Below are positions 1 to 10,592 of a stretch of 64,000 bases of DNA, piece after piece. The stretch's first letter is position 1, and each line of letters begins with the position of its first letter. The notes under the pieces are model-generated. The model was not told where the DNA came from. It worked only from the letters and a program-made list of their open reading frames with translations, and did not search any database. Position numbers and translations under genes: made by a program. Source of the stretch: an uncultured Pseudomonadota bacterium (lineage in GTDB: Bacteria; Oederibacteriota; Muellerivitia; Muellerivitales; Muellerivitaceae); assembly GCA_963770835.1 (NCBI GenBank), contig CAVYRH010000008.1, positions 128,001 through 192,000 of the forward strand, given 5' to 3'.

Positions 1-296
1 GGGAAGTTCCGCCACACGTCGTTGCCGAAATGGGGCGCCGTGACGACTTGCCCTTCCCGCACCACCCCCGGAAAGCCGATGGACACCCGGTCGAAAGCCG
101 GCAGCGGTTTCACAAGCTCCACCAGGGCTTCCACCATCACCTTCGGCGGGCAAGGGCTGGGCGTTTCCACGCGCACCCGGTCCACCACCATCTTCCCTTT
201 GGCATCCAGCACCGAAGCCTTTAAACCCGTTCCGCCGATATCAATGGATAAGGTAAAGGGCTTTAAGGATTTCGATTCTTTTTTCCCTTCCGCCAC
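1..296 (-). CDS. ROK-family sugar kinase / polyphosphate glucokinase-like (5' part; runs off window edge)
   Basis: Not in ORF track. Manual minus-strand translation from GTG at 296 (GGGGGA RBS) gives TLSIDIGGTGLKASVLD...RVRVETP...RVSIGFPGVV, the ROK phosphate-1 and GxPG motifs. Confidence 0.85.
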   Translation of the reverse strand, partial: MAEGKKESKSLKPFTLSIDIGGTGLKASVLDAKGKMVVDRVRVETPSPCPPKVMVEALVELVKPLPAFDRVSIGFPGVVREGQVVTAPHFGNDVWRNF

Positions 297-461
297 GATG
301 TCCCCCTATTGCTAAATTAGAACCGCAGTATTTTACTGGATAAGGCATCGCAAGCCAGCCTTTGATTTTTGGCTCCAAGCGGTTCCACTCGAAACGGCTA
401 TCCGTCCGAATTCGAAAGTTGTATGCTCCATGCGGAAATACATACTATGAAGGAGACTTCC

Positions 462-2045
462 TTGCGCCTAAAAAGCCTGCCGATCTTGGCCCTTTTGTTG
501 TTCGTCTCGACTCCTCTTTTGGCTAAAGACGTCCCCTTTGAGGTGATTCCCTGGAACGGCTACAAAGCCGCCCTTTCCCTTACCTACGACGATGGCGATC
601 CCATCCACTTGGATTTAGTGATCCCCGAAATGAACAAACGGGGTTTGCGCGGCACTTTCTACCTGATCACAGGCAAGCTGGACCGGGTGGAGGATTGGAA
701 AAAGGCCGTCGCCTCCGGCCAGGAAATCGGGAATCATACCATCACCCACCGGCACACTTCCCAGCTCTCTCCCGACGACGAGAAAAACGAAGTGGTGAAT
801 GCCAAGCAAAAGCTTGAAATGCTGTTCAACGTCCCGATCCTGACCCTGGCCTATCCTTTCGTGGAAATCTCGCCGGGCCTCAAAAAATGGGTGGAAGCCG
901 AGGATTTCGCCGCCCGCGGCGGGGGCGGCAACGGCTACCTGACGCCGGATATGGACCCCGACTGGTACGACATCCCCGCCCAGGTCACCATGACCAGCTA
1001 TGCCTACGAGACTTACAAGAATTGGATCGATCAGGACTTGTCGTCCGGGGCCTGGACGGTCCTGATGATTCACGGCGTCGAGGGGACCACCTGGGGCTGG
1101 CAGCCCATCACCAAGACCAATTTCCTCCATTTACTCGACGACCTGGTCAAAAACAAAAAGGACCTTTGGACCGCGCCCTTTGGCGAAGTCGCGGCCTATT
1201 GGCGCGCCCAAAAGGTGCTGGAGAAGGCGGAGCCTCAAAAGAACGGGACCACGACGACCCTCAAATGGGATATACCCGTGAATTTCCCTCAAGGCGTAAA
1301 GGTGAAATTGTCCATCCAAGGCGATGGGCTCAAGGTCTCCCAGGCCGGAAAAGCAATCGAACCCCTTTCCCCCGGCATCTATGCCATCTCCTTTGACGCC
1401 AAGGAATTGACGTTGGAAAACGCGTCATGGAAGCCCCAAGCTGTCTCAACGCCTAAAACGGTGGCGGCCCAGGCACCGGTGGTGGCCGCCGGCCCTTCCG
1501 TCGCCCCTCCCGACAAGGACGTCTTAAAGGTGGATGATTTCGAATCCGGTTCGCCGGCCTATGGCGGCGGATGGACGGAAGGCTGTGATTCCAACGGGGT
1601 CACCAAGCTCTCCCCTACACCCTTTGCCCCCCTGCCGGGCGGTTCCCCCAAGACTCCCGGCCATTGCGCGGGCATGAAAGGCCATATGGGCCCCATGCAG
1701 GCCCCCTGGCCCTGGGCCATCCTGTCCGAGAATCTGGACGCGGGCGGCAAGCCCGTGGACCTCTCGGCTTACCGGGCTATCCGGTTTTACACGAAGGGGG
1801 ACGGCAAAACCCATTCGGTGGCCCTCAACAAGGCCGCCATCACGGATTATGCCGACTATCAGGCGGGCTTTGTCTCACCCCCTGACTGGACCCAGGTCAC
1901 CATTGCCTTCGCGGATTTCGCCCAGCCCAATTGGGGAAAACAAGTGGAGAAGAAATTCAACGACGTGGTCAAGCTGAGCTTCAGCCCCAACACGCCCGAT
2001 GCGGATTTTGATTTCAAGATCGACGACGTGGAATTCCTGAAATAG
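462..2045 (+). CDS. Secreted polysaccharide deacetylase (NodB/CE4-like) with C-terminal CIA30/CBM11-like carbohydrate-binding domain
   Basis: Signal peptide; LTYDDG, EIGNHTITH, LAYPF and LMIHG motifs; C-terminal DDFE...DLSAYRAIRFYTKGDG...IDDVEF. TTG start at 462 follows AAGGAGA. Confidence 0.8.
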   Translation: MRLKSLPILALLLFVSTPLLAKDVPFEVIPWNGYKAALSLTYDDGDPIHLDLVIPEMNKRGLRGTFYLITGKLDRVEDWKKAVASGQEIGNHTITHRHTSQLSPDDEKNEVVNAKQKLEMLFNVPILTLAYPFVEISPGLKKWVEAEDFAARGGGGNGYLTPDMDPDWYDIPAQVTMTSYAYETYKNWIDQDLSSGAWTVLMIHGVEGTTWGWQPITKTNFLHLLDDLVKNKKDLWTAPFGEVAAYWRAQKVLEKAEPQKNGTTTTLKWDIPVNFPQGVKVKLSIQGDGLKVSQAGKAIEPLSPGIYAISFDAKELTLENASWKPQAVSTPKTVAAQAPVVAAGPSVAPPDKDVLKVDDFESGSPAYGGGWTEGCDSNGVTKLSPTPFAPLPGGSPKTPGHCAGMKGHMGPMQAPWPWAILSENLDAGGKPVDLSAYRAIRFYTKGDGKTHSVALNKAAITDYADYQAGFVSPPDWTQVTIAFADFAQPNWGKQVEKKFNDVVKLSFSPNTPDADFDFKIDDVEFLK

Positions 2046-2111
2046 CCGGGTTCTTGCCCGATCACCAATTAAACGCTTCCGATGGTTTTCCGGTCCCCAT
2101 CGGCGGAACCT

Positions 2112-3140
2112 TCAAGGTACGATTAAAAACTTGCCCCGTTTCAAGACCGTTTGTCCGTTCTTAATGGCGTAAAAGTAAACGCCGGGCGAGACCGTGGCCC
2201 CGTTTTGGTTTTTCGCCCATTGCCACTCCGTGGGATCCCCCGATCGGTTGACCGCATTCACCAGTTCACCCGAGAGGTCATAAATGTAAACCTGGGAGTT
2301 GGGGGGCAAACAGCTGATCTTCAGGGAATGGTCATGGGCGTATCGCAGGCTGTAAGGATCGGGCCAAACGTTGATGGGGCAGGTGGGGGTAAAAGTAAGC
2401 GTCGGCGTGAAGGTGTTGGTGATGGTGGGTGTCATGGTAATGGTGAACGTGTTGGTGGGCGTGAAGCTGTTCGTTGGCGTGGGGGTTACGGTGGGGGTAA
2501 AGCTGTTGGTTGGCGTCAAAGTCGGCGAAGGGGTAAAGGTGAAGGTGGGTGAAAGGGTTTGTGTCGGCGTCAAAGTGATGGTGGGGGTCGGCGTCAAAGT
2601 GGGCGTGAAAGTAATGGTGGGGGTGTTGGTCGGGGTATCGGTCAGGCAACTGACTGAATAAACCAAAGGCGCGGCGTTTGCCACCGTTGACGGCGAAGAC
2701 GCGCTAATGGACGTGAAGATCGTGACGGAATTGGTCGCGCAAGAACTGACCGTCGCATTATAGGAAACGGTGAGGGATTGGTTCGGCGCGAAGGTTCCAA
2801 CATCCCAGGTCACAATCCCCGCATTTTCAGAGCAGAAAATTCCACCCGTGCAGAAATTGTACGTGAAATCGGACGGGACACTGGCCGTAACCGTGACACC
2901 GTTCAGGGGCATCGCCCCGTTAGTCCAGGTAACGCTAAGGCTGCCCGTTTCTCCGACAACCAATTGGGCTTTGGCGCCGGAATAACCCAGGAACAAAAAA
3001 AACGTCGAAGCCCAAAATATTTTCCAAATCCGCCCGGTTTTGATCCTTGTGGAAGCGGCGGGCGCCGGCACCTTTGAAGGCCCATCAGGGCGCTGGAAAT
3101 TCTTCCCCGGCAAAACGAATTTGGATAAAAGGTTCCACAT
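2112..3140 (-). CDS. Secreted protein: DUF11/Ig-like domain, Thr/Pro stalk, T9SS-like C-terminal domain (true start probably downstream of 3140)
   Basis: Hydrophobic signal [37 protein letters not shown] repeats; VWPDP...IYDLSGELV...PGVYFY...GKFLIV. Confidence 0.7.
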   Translation of the reverse strand: MWNLLSKFVLPGKNFQRPDGPSKVPAPAASTRIKTGRIWKIFWASTFFLFLGYSGAKAQLVVGETGSLSVTWTNGAMPLNGVTVTASVPSDFTYNFCTGGIFCSENAGIVTWDVGTFAPNQSLTVSYNATVSSCATNSVTIFTSISASSPSTVANAAPLVYSVSCLTDTPTNTPTITFTPTLTPTPTITLTPTQTLSPTFTFTPSPTLTPTNSFTPTVTPTPTNSFTPTNTFTITMTPTITNTFTPTLTFTPTCPINVWPDPYSLRYAHDHSLKISCLPPNSQVYIYDLSGELVNAVNRSGDPTEWQWAKNQNGATVSPGVYFYAIKNGQTVLKRGKFLIVP

Positions 3141-3384
3141 TTATAAAAACGACCTTCAAGATTTATGTTCCGGCTTTCCCCAAACCCAGAAGCTACAACC
3201 GGGTCAGGAAAACTGTTGTAAGTTTATCACGCAATTTAAAATACGATCCTTCACCAGGGACAACTCATCCCACCGGGTGGTGAACCGATCGATTAAACCT
3301 GGGATTTCACGCTCCAATGCCGCGCAAAGCCCTCCGTCGCCAAACGCAAGGCCACTCCTCCCTTTGGACATTTCAACCTCCCCG

Positions 3385-4353
3385 TCACTTGTTTGAGAAC
3401 ACCCATTCCAAAAAAAGTTGCTGGGCAACCTGGTTCCGGCCGTTGATCCACGGGTCGCAATGGCCGCAAGTCACGGGCTTATCTTTCACGCGCTGCAGTT
3501 CTCGGCGGTATTGCGCCATCTTATCCGCCAGGCCCAAACGGCGGCTCAGGGAATAGCAATCGCTGAGGGCGCAAAAATCACCCGGGTGGCTGGAATAATA
3601 GTCCTCAAAATAGGCCAAATCCTTCGGGGACTGGGCATGGAGGGGATGGACGCTGTCATAGGTCTGGACCAGGTCCAAAAACCCGTCCTTGTCCCGGGTG
3701 AATTCCTTGCCGGTCCACCGGATGGGCCGCCCGTAATAGATTTGGAACTCATCCCCGCTTTTGATCATGGCCCTCTGGTAATCCACCAGGATCGGCTTGC
3801 CCGATTCCTTGGTGACCCGTGGCCCTTCCCCGAACCCTTGGAAGGATGCCAATTTTTTAAAACTCCCGGCCTCAGGGCTGTCCTTAAAGGCGTAAATATC
3901 CGCGATTTGCGTCGTGCCGGAAGAGGAATAAACCACCAGTTGGTCCCTGCCCGCGACGGTCAAGTCGGCGCCTTCATAACCCTCGTATTTTTTGCCGCCG
4001 CCCAGTTCAACCTGGATGAGTTTCCAATCGCCTTGGACCTTATGGAAATAGGCAAAACCCGATCCCGCGTCCTCGACCATTTGGCGTTCGGAATTGTAAA
4101 CCACCCCCACGTCCCGGTAGCCGGACACCCCGATAATAACGTCGGTTTCGGGGGTTTTTGAGAACTCATGGTAGGCGGTGCCGGCGATGTTCCAATAGGT
4201 CCCCTTTTGGGAGGGGTATTTTTTGGCGATCCTATCGTTGATATCCCCCAAGCGGATCTGGCCCATCGCAATGAGCATGCAGGCTGTTTCATCCGTCGCG
4301 AAAGCCGGAAACACCGGCATCAGCAGCAATAGCAGAACGAATATTTTTTTCAT
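3385..4353 (-). CDS. Hypothetical secreted protein
   Basis: Long ORF with MKKIFVLLLLLMPVFPAFA signal peptide and GAGGTG RBS. Confidence 0.7.
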   Translation of the reverse strand: MKKIFVLLLLLMPVFPAFATDETACMLIAMGQIRLGDINDRIAKKYPSQKGTYWNIAGTAYHEFSKTPETDVIIGVSGYRDVGVVYNSERQMVEDAGSGFAYFHKVQGDWKLIQVELGGGKKYEGYEGADLTVAGRDQLVVYSSSGTTQIADIYAFKDSPEAGSFKKLASFQGFGEGPRVTKESGKPILVDYQRAMIKSGDEFQIYYGRPIRWTGKEFTRDKDGFLDLVQTYDSVHPLHAQSPKDLAYFEDYYSSHPGDFCALSDCYSLSRRLGLADKMAQYRRELQRVKDKPVTCGHCDPWINGRNQVAQQLFLEWVFSNK

Positions 4354-4477
4354 TTTTGTCACCTCAATGGATGGTTAAAAGTTGGTGGTTTGGTGGCTGG
4401 AGAATCGAAGGAAACCGGAACTATCCTGCCCCCGGCTTCGCGGAGCGGGAGTAGCCCTCAACGCTTGGGAAAATGGA

Positions 4478-4813
4478 TCAAATTCTTAAGCAGAGAAAAC
4501 CGTGGGGACATCCAAAGGCAGCTTTTTTAACCGGCACAGCGCCATAGGAGGGCGCAACTTCTAATGGGAAGGAGCCGGGTGATTTCGATAGAACCTCCCA
4601 AAAGTGGGTTGTTTTCTCGTCATCCCGGTCGCATTTTAAAAAAACGTAACGGTAGGAAACCGGTGGGTGATTTGCTTTAGAAAGGTAGCTTGGCGCGGAG
4701 ACGGGCCCCGTGGAACCCCCTTGCGCCAAAACGGTCACACTGGGTTTTAAGGAATATAAAAGTAATCCGAGGATTAAAACCATTTGAATGAAAGGTCGAT
4801 AGCGAGGAATCAA
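4478..4813 (-). CDS. Small hypothetical membrane-anchored protein ending in ...LRI
   Basis: N-terminal hydrophobic segment; fills an intergenic gap. Confidence 0.4.
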   Translation of the reverse strand: MIPRYRPFIQMVLILGLLLYSLKPSVTVLAQGGSTGPVSAPSYLSKANHPPVSYRYVFLKCDRDDEKTTHFWEVLSKSPGSFPLEVAPSYGAVPVKKAAFGCPHGFLCLRI

Positions 4814-5032
4814 TTGATCATCCCCATGGAATGGTCCATTTGCCGCCCAACGCTTAACAACATGGGCTCATCTTGCCTGTATCTATTTTTCCACTTACCG
4901 CCCGCTTAAACAATCCCCTTCAATCTTTCAATTTGTCCATGAATTTACCCGATTTTATCCTTTAGAGGACAGGTTGTTATAGGGGTCCGTCGTTGCTATG
5001 GTTAGTCAAGAGGCGAAAACAAGGAGTCGGTC

Positions 5033-5455
5033 ATGGAACAGGAAAACATGCGGGTTGCCGCGATCGAAGAAACGACGAGAATTGGGGAGGCCCGGGAAAG
5101 TTTGAGGATCGCCGGGGAATATCTTGCGGCGGTGAACGCCCGCAATCTCCAAGCGGTCGGTAAAACCCTGCATCCCGACCTTCATTTCGTGGGCCCGGCG
5201 GGCGAAGTGCACAATCGCGAAAGCTTTTTGGAGGTTTACCACAAGGTGTTCGCCAATTTAGGGAAGTTGGATATGACGACCGAGGCCTTGTCGAATAACC
5301 TGATTTATTTCAAGTATTACATGGTCATGCCCGCCCCCATCGGCCCGATCCAAGGCACGATGAAGACCACTCACGCGGAAGACGGGCTCATTAAAAAAAT
5401 TGAAATGATCTATCACTCCGCGGCGCTTGAGAATAATTCAAATCCCCCCAAATAA
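5033..5455 (+). CDS. SnoaL-like / NTF2-family protein
   Basis: AGEYLAAVNARNLQAVGKTLHPDLHFVGPAGEVHNRESF...DGLIKKIE; AAGGAG RBS. Confidence 0.7.
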   Translation: MEQENMRVAAIEETTRIGEARESLRIAGEYLAAVNARNLQAVGKTLHPDLHFVGPAGEVHNRESFLEVYHKVFANLGKLDMTTEALSNNLIYFKYYMVMPAPIGPIQGTMKTTHAEDGLIKKIEMIYHSAALENNSNPPK

Positions 5456-5484
5456 CCCAAGGGACTAGGACCCTTTTTTGTTCA

Positions 5485-5511
5485 AAGCTTGTCCCCTCGG
5501 GGACAAGCTTT
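5485..5511. terminator. Strong hairpin between convergent genes (probable bidirectional terminator)
   Basis: AAGCTTGTCCCC-TC-GGGGACAAGCTT perfect inverted repeat. Confidence 0.6.
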
Positions 5512-5526
5512 CGAATCAAATCCCGG

Positions 5527-6153
5527 TCATCTTACCCTCATCTTTTCCTTTTCCCATTCCATAAACCGGACCAGTTTGGGCAACAGTTTCTTTCCATCGT
5601 TCAGGATGACTTCCATGATGAAAATCCCCCTGGAGCCGTGGTAAAGGATCTCCGCCCGTTCATTCAATTTTTTCCCCAAGGGCTCGATTTCCCCGCGCTG
5701 GACCCCCCGTTCCAGGAACTTCCTGCACAGGTCGATGCCCAGGGCATTGAACCGCCGGATGATCTTCAGTACTTCCCTGTCCCGCACCGCCAGCAAATAA
5801 AGCTCGACCACCGCCTTCACGGACTGGGCGGTGAACATCATTTTTTTCACCTTCGCGGACTCGAGGTATTCCTTGAGGACCTCCTCATTCGATAGGTCGT
5901 TTCGGAAACCCCGTTCCATCCCCTTGAAAGCTTCTTCCATCAGGATCTCGAACATCTGGAGGAACAGCTCGGATTTGCTTTTGAAATGGTGGTAAAAGCC
6001 TCCCTTGGACCGCTTGGCCCGGAGCACCACGTCGTCCACGGAAGTTTCGTGGTAACCCTTCTCGCAAAACAACTCAAAAGCCGCCTGGAGGAATTCTTGG
6101 CGGGAAGCTTTCGGTTCCTTAGGCCGCCTCAATCCGCCCTTTCGGTCAGTCAT
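5527..6153 (-). CDS. TetR/AcrR-family transcriptional regulator
   Basis: FLQAAFELFCEKGYHETSVDDVVLRAKRSKGGFYHHFKSKSELF HTH; start overlaps upstream stop. Confidence 0.92.
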   Translation of the reverse strand: MTDRKGGLRRPKEPKASRQEFLQAAFELFCEKGYHETSVDDVVLRAKRSKGGFYHHFKSKSELFLQMFEILMEEAFKGMERGFRNDLSNEEVLKEYLESAKVKKMMFTAQSVKAVVELYLLAVRDREVLKIIRRFNALGIDLCRKFLERGVQRGEIEPLGKKLNERAEILYHGSRGIFIMEVILNDGKKLLPKLVRFMEWEKEKMRVR

Positions 6154-7411
6154 AAAAACTCGCCTCCAAGATAAAAGTGGGTGGAACCGCCCCAAATTGG
6201 CTTTGGGCAACCGTATTGAGGGAGGCCGCGCCGTAGGCGAAATAAACCGCCCCTAACACGGTGATGTTCTGGCCCGCGTCCCAGGACAGGGATGGGACCA
6301 AAACCCCCGAATCGTCGATGAGGCTTTGCAGGACTTCCAGGTTGCCGTGCCAGAAACCGTCCAGGTCATAGCTCGCCTGGAATCCCAGGGCCTGTCTTCC
6401 GGTGATCTGGGTATCGCCCCGCTCGATGCGGTTCAAATAATCCGGGTTGGCCAGCAAGGCCGGTAAGCCGCCGGCCTTCGCCACCCCGAAGCCCGAATAG
6501 TGGTATTCCAGGAGGATTTTCAAACCCGTTCCGATATTGAAGTTGTTGGAAAAACCAAGGAGGGTCTTGGGGACGAGGCCGGGGTCGCCGAACATGCCCG
6601 AACCGGGCACGTCCCCGGGCGTCTGGAACACCGCGAACTCGCCATGGGCTTCCAGGTCCCCGATCACGACCGAACTGGTGGCGCCGTACATCATGTCCTG
6701 CGCCCTCTTGGCGACCAACAGTTCCTCATCGATGTTGCCCTCATAACCCCGGAACCTTACCCCCAGGGCCGATTGGTCCCAGGTGGGTCCCCAGGCCGAA
6801 ACCATATCCACCGAAGTGGTGTCGGTGGTCTTGATGTCCGCCCGGATGGCGTCCACGCCGCTGCGCCATTCCTTATCGAGCTGGAGCGGGGTGAACGGCG
6901 AGAAAATATCCACCGCGCTGAAAAGTGTTCCCCGGCCCCAGCCGATGGCCTGCCGCCCGATCGTCAGGTTGATATTTTGGGTTTGATAGGCGAAGGAAGC
7001 CCGGTCCAATTCCTGGTAATCCAGGGTTTTCCCCGTTTGAAAAAGGTTTCCGCCGATTTGGGTAATGCGATAGGGAACGGGATAGGTGGTCAAGAGCGCG
7101 GAGGAGATTCCCAGCGAGGAACCGTTCACCCCGATGACCCGGTTGTCATAGGCGGCGTCCAAAACGATTTCGGATTTCTGGCTGTAAATAGCCTCAAACC
7201 GGATGCGGCCGAAGAGGGCTTCCGACGGGCCCATGCCCTCCAGCGAAGGGTCCGAGGAGGGAGCGGAGACGAACCCGAATGTTTCCAGGGCCGAGTTGAA
7301 CTTGAGTGACGAATCGCCTTCCTCGTCGGTCCAAAGGTCCCTGGCGGGACAGACCGTATATAGGAAGAGGAATGCCAGGCCCAGCCATAAACCCAACCGG
7401 GCCCTCTTCAT
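6146..7411 (-). CDS. Outer-membrane beta-barrel protein of the LolA-like/FtsX exporter operon
   Basis: Signal peptide; LDRA...IGRQAIGWG...DIFSPF...GVDA motifs; aromatic C-terminus (FYD). Confidence 0.7.
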   Translation of the reverse strand: MKRARLGLWLGLAFLFLYTVCPARDLWTDEEGDSSLKFNSALETFGFVSAPSSDPSLEGMGPSEALFGRIRFEAIYSQKSEIVLDAAYDNRVIGVNGSSLGISSALLTTYPVPYRITQIGGNLFQTGKTLDYQELDRASFAYQTQNINLTIGRQAIGWGRGTLFSAVDIFSPFTPLQLDKEWRSGVDAIRADIKTTDTTSVDMVSAWGPTWDQSALGVRFRGYEGNIDEELLVAKRAQDMMYGATSSVVIGDLEAHGEFAVFQTPGDVPGSGMFGDPGLVPKTLLGFSNNFNIGTGLKILLEYHYSGFGVAKAGGLPALLANPDYLNRIERGDTQITGRQALGFQASYDLDGFWHGNLEVLQSLIDDSGVLVPSLSWDAGQNITVLGAVYFAYGAASLNTVAQSQFGAVPPTFILEASFYD

Positions 7412-8097
7412 TGCGGATGGTCCTCCCGGATCACCCCGTCTTCCAGGGTGACCACCCTCGCCGCCCGGTTCATCATCCTCTGGTCATGGGTGGCGAAGAG
7501 GAAAGTCATGCCGTATTTATTTCTAAGCCCCAGCATCATGTCCATCAAGGATTCGGCGTTGGCGCCATCCAGGTTGGCAGTGGGCTCGTCCGCCAGCACC
7601 AATTTGGGCCGGGAGACGACCGCCCGGGCCACCGCCACCCGCTGCTGTTGGCCGCCTGAAAGTTCCGCGGGCCTGCGGTCGGCCAGCTCGGCCAGCCCTA
7701 ATTCATTCAATATTTCCATGGCCCGGTCCCGCCTTTCGGACCCTACGCCTTGCAGTTCCAGCACGAACTCGACGTTTTCAATGGCGGTCAGGACCGGCAC
7801 CAGGTTGTAGGCCTGGAACACGAACCCCAAACTATGCAGGCGCAGGTCGGCGCGTTGTTGCTTGGAAAGCTTGGAGACTTCCTGTCCCAAAACGTGGAGT
7901 TCCCCGCTGGTCGGCGAATCCAAGGCGCCGATCAGGTTCAGGAAGGTGCTTTTGCCGCTGCCGCTGGGTCCCACCAGGGCCGCGAACTCGCCTTCCTTGA
8001 GTTCGAAATCGACGCCCTTCAGGGCCTGGACCTCAAACTTCCCGGCCGTGAAGGTCTTTTTCAAGCCTTTGGCTGAAATCAACAAGGAGTCGCTCAT
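7408..8097 (-). CDS. ABC transporter ATP-binding protein (LolD/MacB-like)
   Basis: GPSGSGKS, LSGGQQQRVA, LADEPT, ATHD; ATGA overlap with upstream permease. Confidence 0.95.
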   Translation of the reverse strand: MSDSLLISAKGLKKTFTAGKFEVQALKGVDFELKEGEFAALVGPSGSGKSTFLNLIGALDSPTSGELHVLGQEVSKLSKQQRADLRLHSLGFVFQAYNLVPVLTAIENVEFVLELQGVGSERRDRAMEILNELGLAELADRRPAELSGGQQQRVAVARAVVSRPKLVLADEPTANLDGANAESLMDMMLGLRNKYGMTFLFATHDQRMMNRAARVVTLEDGVIREDHPQ

Positions 8098-9350
8098 AAG
8101 GCCGTCCTTAGGGCTTCCGCCGGATCCAGCCGCACCGCGAACCAGGCCGGATAGAGGGAAGCCAGGAATGTGGACGCGTAGGCTAAAAAAGCCGCGTCGG
8201 TAAAAAACCAAAGGCCGAAACTTCCATACATGACCGGGTCGATGACCGTTCCCACCGCGGTCATGGACTGTCCGGCCAGTGGGAGTCCCACTTTGGCGAA
8301 GTAGTAAGTAATGGGGCCCGCCAGGGCCAGGATGAGCGCCAGCGAGATCGTGCCCAGCGCGAAAGCCTCGCTCAAGGCCAGCTTAACGACCGAACGGCTC
8401 CCCATTCCCAGGGCCGAAAGGATGGCCAATTCCTTCCGCCTCTCCAGCATGGCGGTCAATTGGGCGCTGGCCACTCCCAGGAAGGCCACCGAAACCAGGA
8501 GGACGGTGATCAAACCGGCCATGACCGCGTTCATTTGGACCGCCTCCTGGCTTTGGGGGCTGACCTCGGCCCAGGTCCAGGCCTTGTCCCCCGCCGGAAG
8601 TTGGGACTGGATCCAGCCCCGGACCGAATCCGCCTTGTCCGCGTCCTTGAGGATGACCGTGATTTCCCCCGCGCCCGGGATCCCGCTGAGGTCCTCCACG
8701 TCCTCCATCGTCGTTTGGCAGATCAATTGGTCCATTTGCTTGGTCCCCAGGTTGACGATGCCCACCACGTCGAACATGTCGCTTTTCATGGCGCCCAATG
8801 GGTCCACCACCGTGGCCTCCACCTGATCGCCCGTGGCAACCCCCAAATGATCGGCGATTGATCTTCCCAAAACCATCGCGTGCCGGTCGCCCGTTTGCAG
8901 GTACCGGCCCGATTCCATTTGCCGCACGTAACGCAGGGCCTTGGGCTCGTTCTGCGGGTCCACCCCCGTGATTTCCACGCCGCTGAGCCGGGTGCCCATG
9001 GCAAGCATGCCCTGGATTTTGACCCGCGGCGTGGCCACCTTGACCTCGGGGTTGCCGCGCAATTGGCCGAGGACTTTCTGCCAATCGGCCAGGCGAAGCT
9101 GGTCGTTGCGCCCGATGATCCAATTGTCCGCGGCCACCTTGATGTGGCCGGTCCCTCCCTCGGCTACGTTGCGGATGAGCATCTCGACCTTCCCCTTGGA
9201 CAGGCCGATGTCGATGAGCGCGATGGAGCACCCGATGGCGACCCCCAGGGCCGAAAGGAGGGTGCGCCGGTGGTTGCGGCTCAGGTTCCGGACGGTGAAT
9301 TTGGAGGTGATGGAAAGCCGGTCCATCCCATTAAAAAGTTTTAATGGCAT
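8094..9350 (-). CDS. ABC transporter permease (FtsX/LolE-like)
   Basis: RNLSRNHRRTLLS; ERRKELAILSALG; SLYPAWFAVRLDPAEALR. Confidence 0.9.
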   Translation of the reverse strand: MPLKLFNGMDRLSITSKFTVRNLSRNHRRTLLSALGVAIGCSIALIDIGLSKGKVEMLIRNVAEGGTGHIKVAADNWIIGRNDQLRLADWQKVLGQLRGNPEVKVATPRVKIQGMLAMGTRLSGVEITGVDPQNEPKALRYVRQMESGRYLQTGDRHAMVLGRSIADHLGVATGDQVEATVVDPLGAMKSDMFDVVGIVNLGTKQMDQLICQTTMEDVEDLSGIPGAGEITVILKDADKADSVRGWIQSQLPAGDKAWTWAEVSPQSQEAVQMNAVMAGLITVLLVSVAFLGVASAQLTAMLERRKELAILSALGMGSRSVVKLALSEAFALGTISLALILALAGPITYYFAKVGLPLAGQSMTAVGTVIDPVMYGSFGLWFFTDAAFLAYASTFLASLYPAWFAVRLDPAEALRTAL

Positions 9351-10591
9351 GAGCGCATGGCCTCCACCGGTTCCAGCTTGCCGATCCTTTTGGCGGGCCA
9401 AATAGAAGCCAGGAGGGACGTGACGCAGACGGCCACGACGCCGCCCAGGACGTCCTGGAGCTTCAGCACAAAGAAGATGTTCCCGTTGAGGTTCATCCCC
9501 TCGATACCGAAACCCCCGTTCTTGAACGCCGGCCCCAAATCGAGGCCGTGTTGGACGAAGTGCCAGGTGACGCCCAATCCGATAAGGGTGCCGGCCCCGA
9601 CGCCGACGATCCCCAGGGTGAGGGACTCGAAGATCACCATCCGCAGAAGGCGGAAGGGCTTGCAACCCAGCGCCAGCAGCATGCCGAATTCATGGACCCT
9701 CTCGAAAGTGGCCATCAGCATCGTGTTCGCCACGCCCGCCATGGTGGTGAGAAAGACGAGAAGGAGAATGACGACGTTCATTTTTCCGATCATTTGAAGC
9801 AGGGTCACCATGTAGGGAACCAGTTGGTCCCAGCTGAGGATTTCATAGGGCTGGAGGGCCGGGAGGTTTTTGAGCGAGGATAAAACGCCCGGAATAGCCG
9901 CCTGGCTGTCCGCGTGGATGGCCAGTTCGTGCACCTGGTCCCCCATGGCCAGGAAGTCCTGGGAGGCCTTCAGGTCCATGACGATCCCGCCCTGGTTGAT
10001 CTGGTCGATGGGGGTATTGATGACCACCTTGATCCGGTAGAGCCCGCTGGTGATGGATCCGTCCACCGCCTGGCCCATCAAAGCCAGGGTGTCGCCCGGT
10101 TTAAGGCCCATATCCTCGGCCAGTCCCCGGCCCACCAGCACCTCGGCGGAACCCGGAATTTGCTGGGGGGAAAGTCCCTCCAAAATACCCCCCGGCGCGC
10201 TTTCGGAGGGCACATTCAATCCTGTCACCTCGGCGACGTGCCCCATTTCCTGGAGCGAAGCCAGGACGGGGGCGTAAATCCTGGCCGAAACGCTTTTAAC
10301 GTGGGGTTGTTGCAGGATGAGGCTTTCCAGGGCGGAAGCCTTGTCGATCACGCGTTCCATGGCGCCGTCGTCCCTGTATTTCTTGGCGTGGATTTGGATA
10401 TGGCCCAGCAGGGGGCCGGTCAAGGTGTCGAAAATCTTCGCGTCTTCACCGTTCATGAAACTGTTGATGAAGATGAGGGTGGCTTGGGCGATGGCGATGG
10501 CCAGGCAGGCCATGGCCGTTCGTTTCGGGTTTCGGCCCAAATTGCGCCAGCCGATGAGGGCGTCCGAGCGCCAGCCGGCGGGGGCGCCCAT
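9341..10591 (-). CDS. ABC transporter permease (FtsX/LolE-like)
   Basis: WRNLGRNPKRT; ERVHEFGMLLALG; SIWPAKRIGKLEPVEAMR. Confidence 0.92.
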   Translation of the reverse strand: MGAPAGWRSDALIGWRNLGRNPKRTAMACLAIAIAQATLIFINSFMNGEDAKIFDTLTGPLLGHIQIHAKKYRDDGAMERVIDKASALESLILQQPHVKSVSARIYAPVLASLQEMGHVAEVTGLNVPSESAPGGILEGLSPQQIPGSAEVLVGRGLAEDMGLKPGDTLALMGQAVDGSITSGLYRIKVVINTPIDQINQGGIVMDLKASQDFLAMGDQVHELAIHADSQAAIPGVLSSLKNLPALQPYEILSWDQLVPYMVTLLQMIGKMNVVILLLVFLTTMAGVANTMLMATFERVHEFGMLLALGCKPFRLLRMVIFESLTLGIVGVGAGTLIGLGVTWHFVQHGLDLGPAFKNGGFGIEGMNLNGNIFFVLKLQDVLGGVVAVCVTSLLASIWPAKRIGKLEPVEAMRSCH

Positions 10592-10592
10592 C

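Noticed and set aside
2370..2640. ACN-CCN-rich tandem-looking DNA (also 16990-17550, 21850-22330, 27790-28200) as possible CRISPR or VNTR
   Set aside because: Degenerate codons of Thr/Pro stalks; no constant repeat with unique spacers and no cas genes
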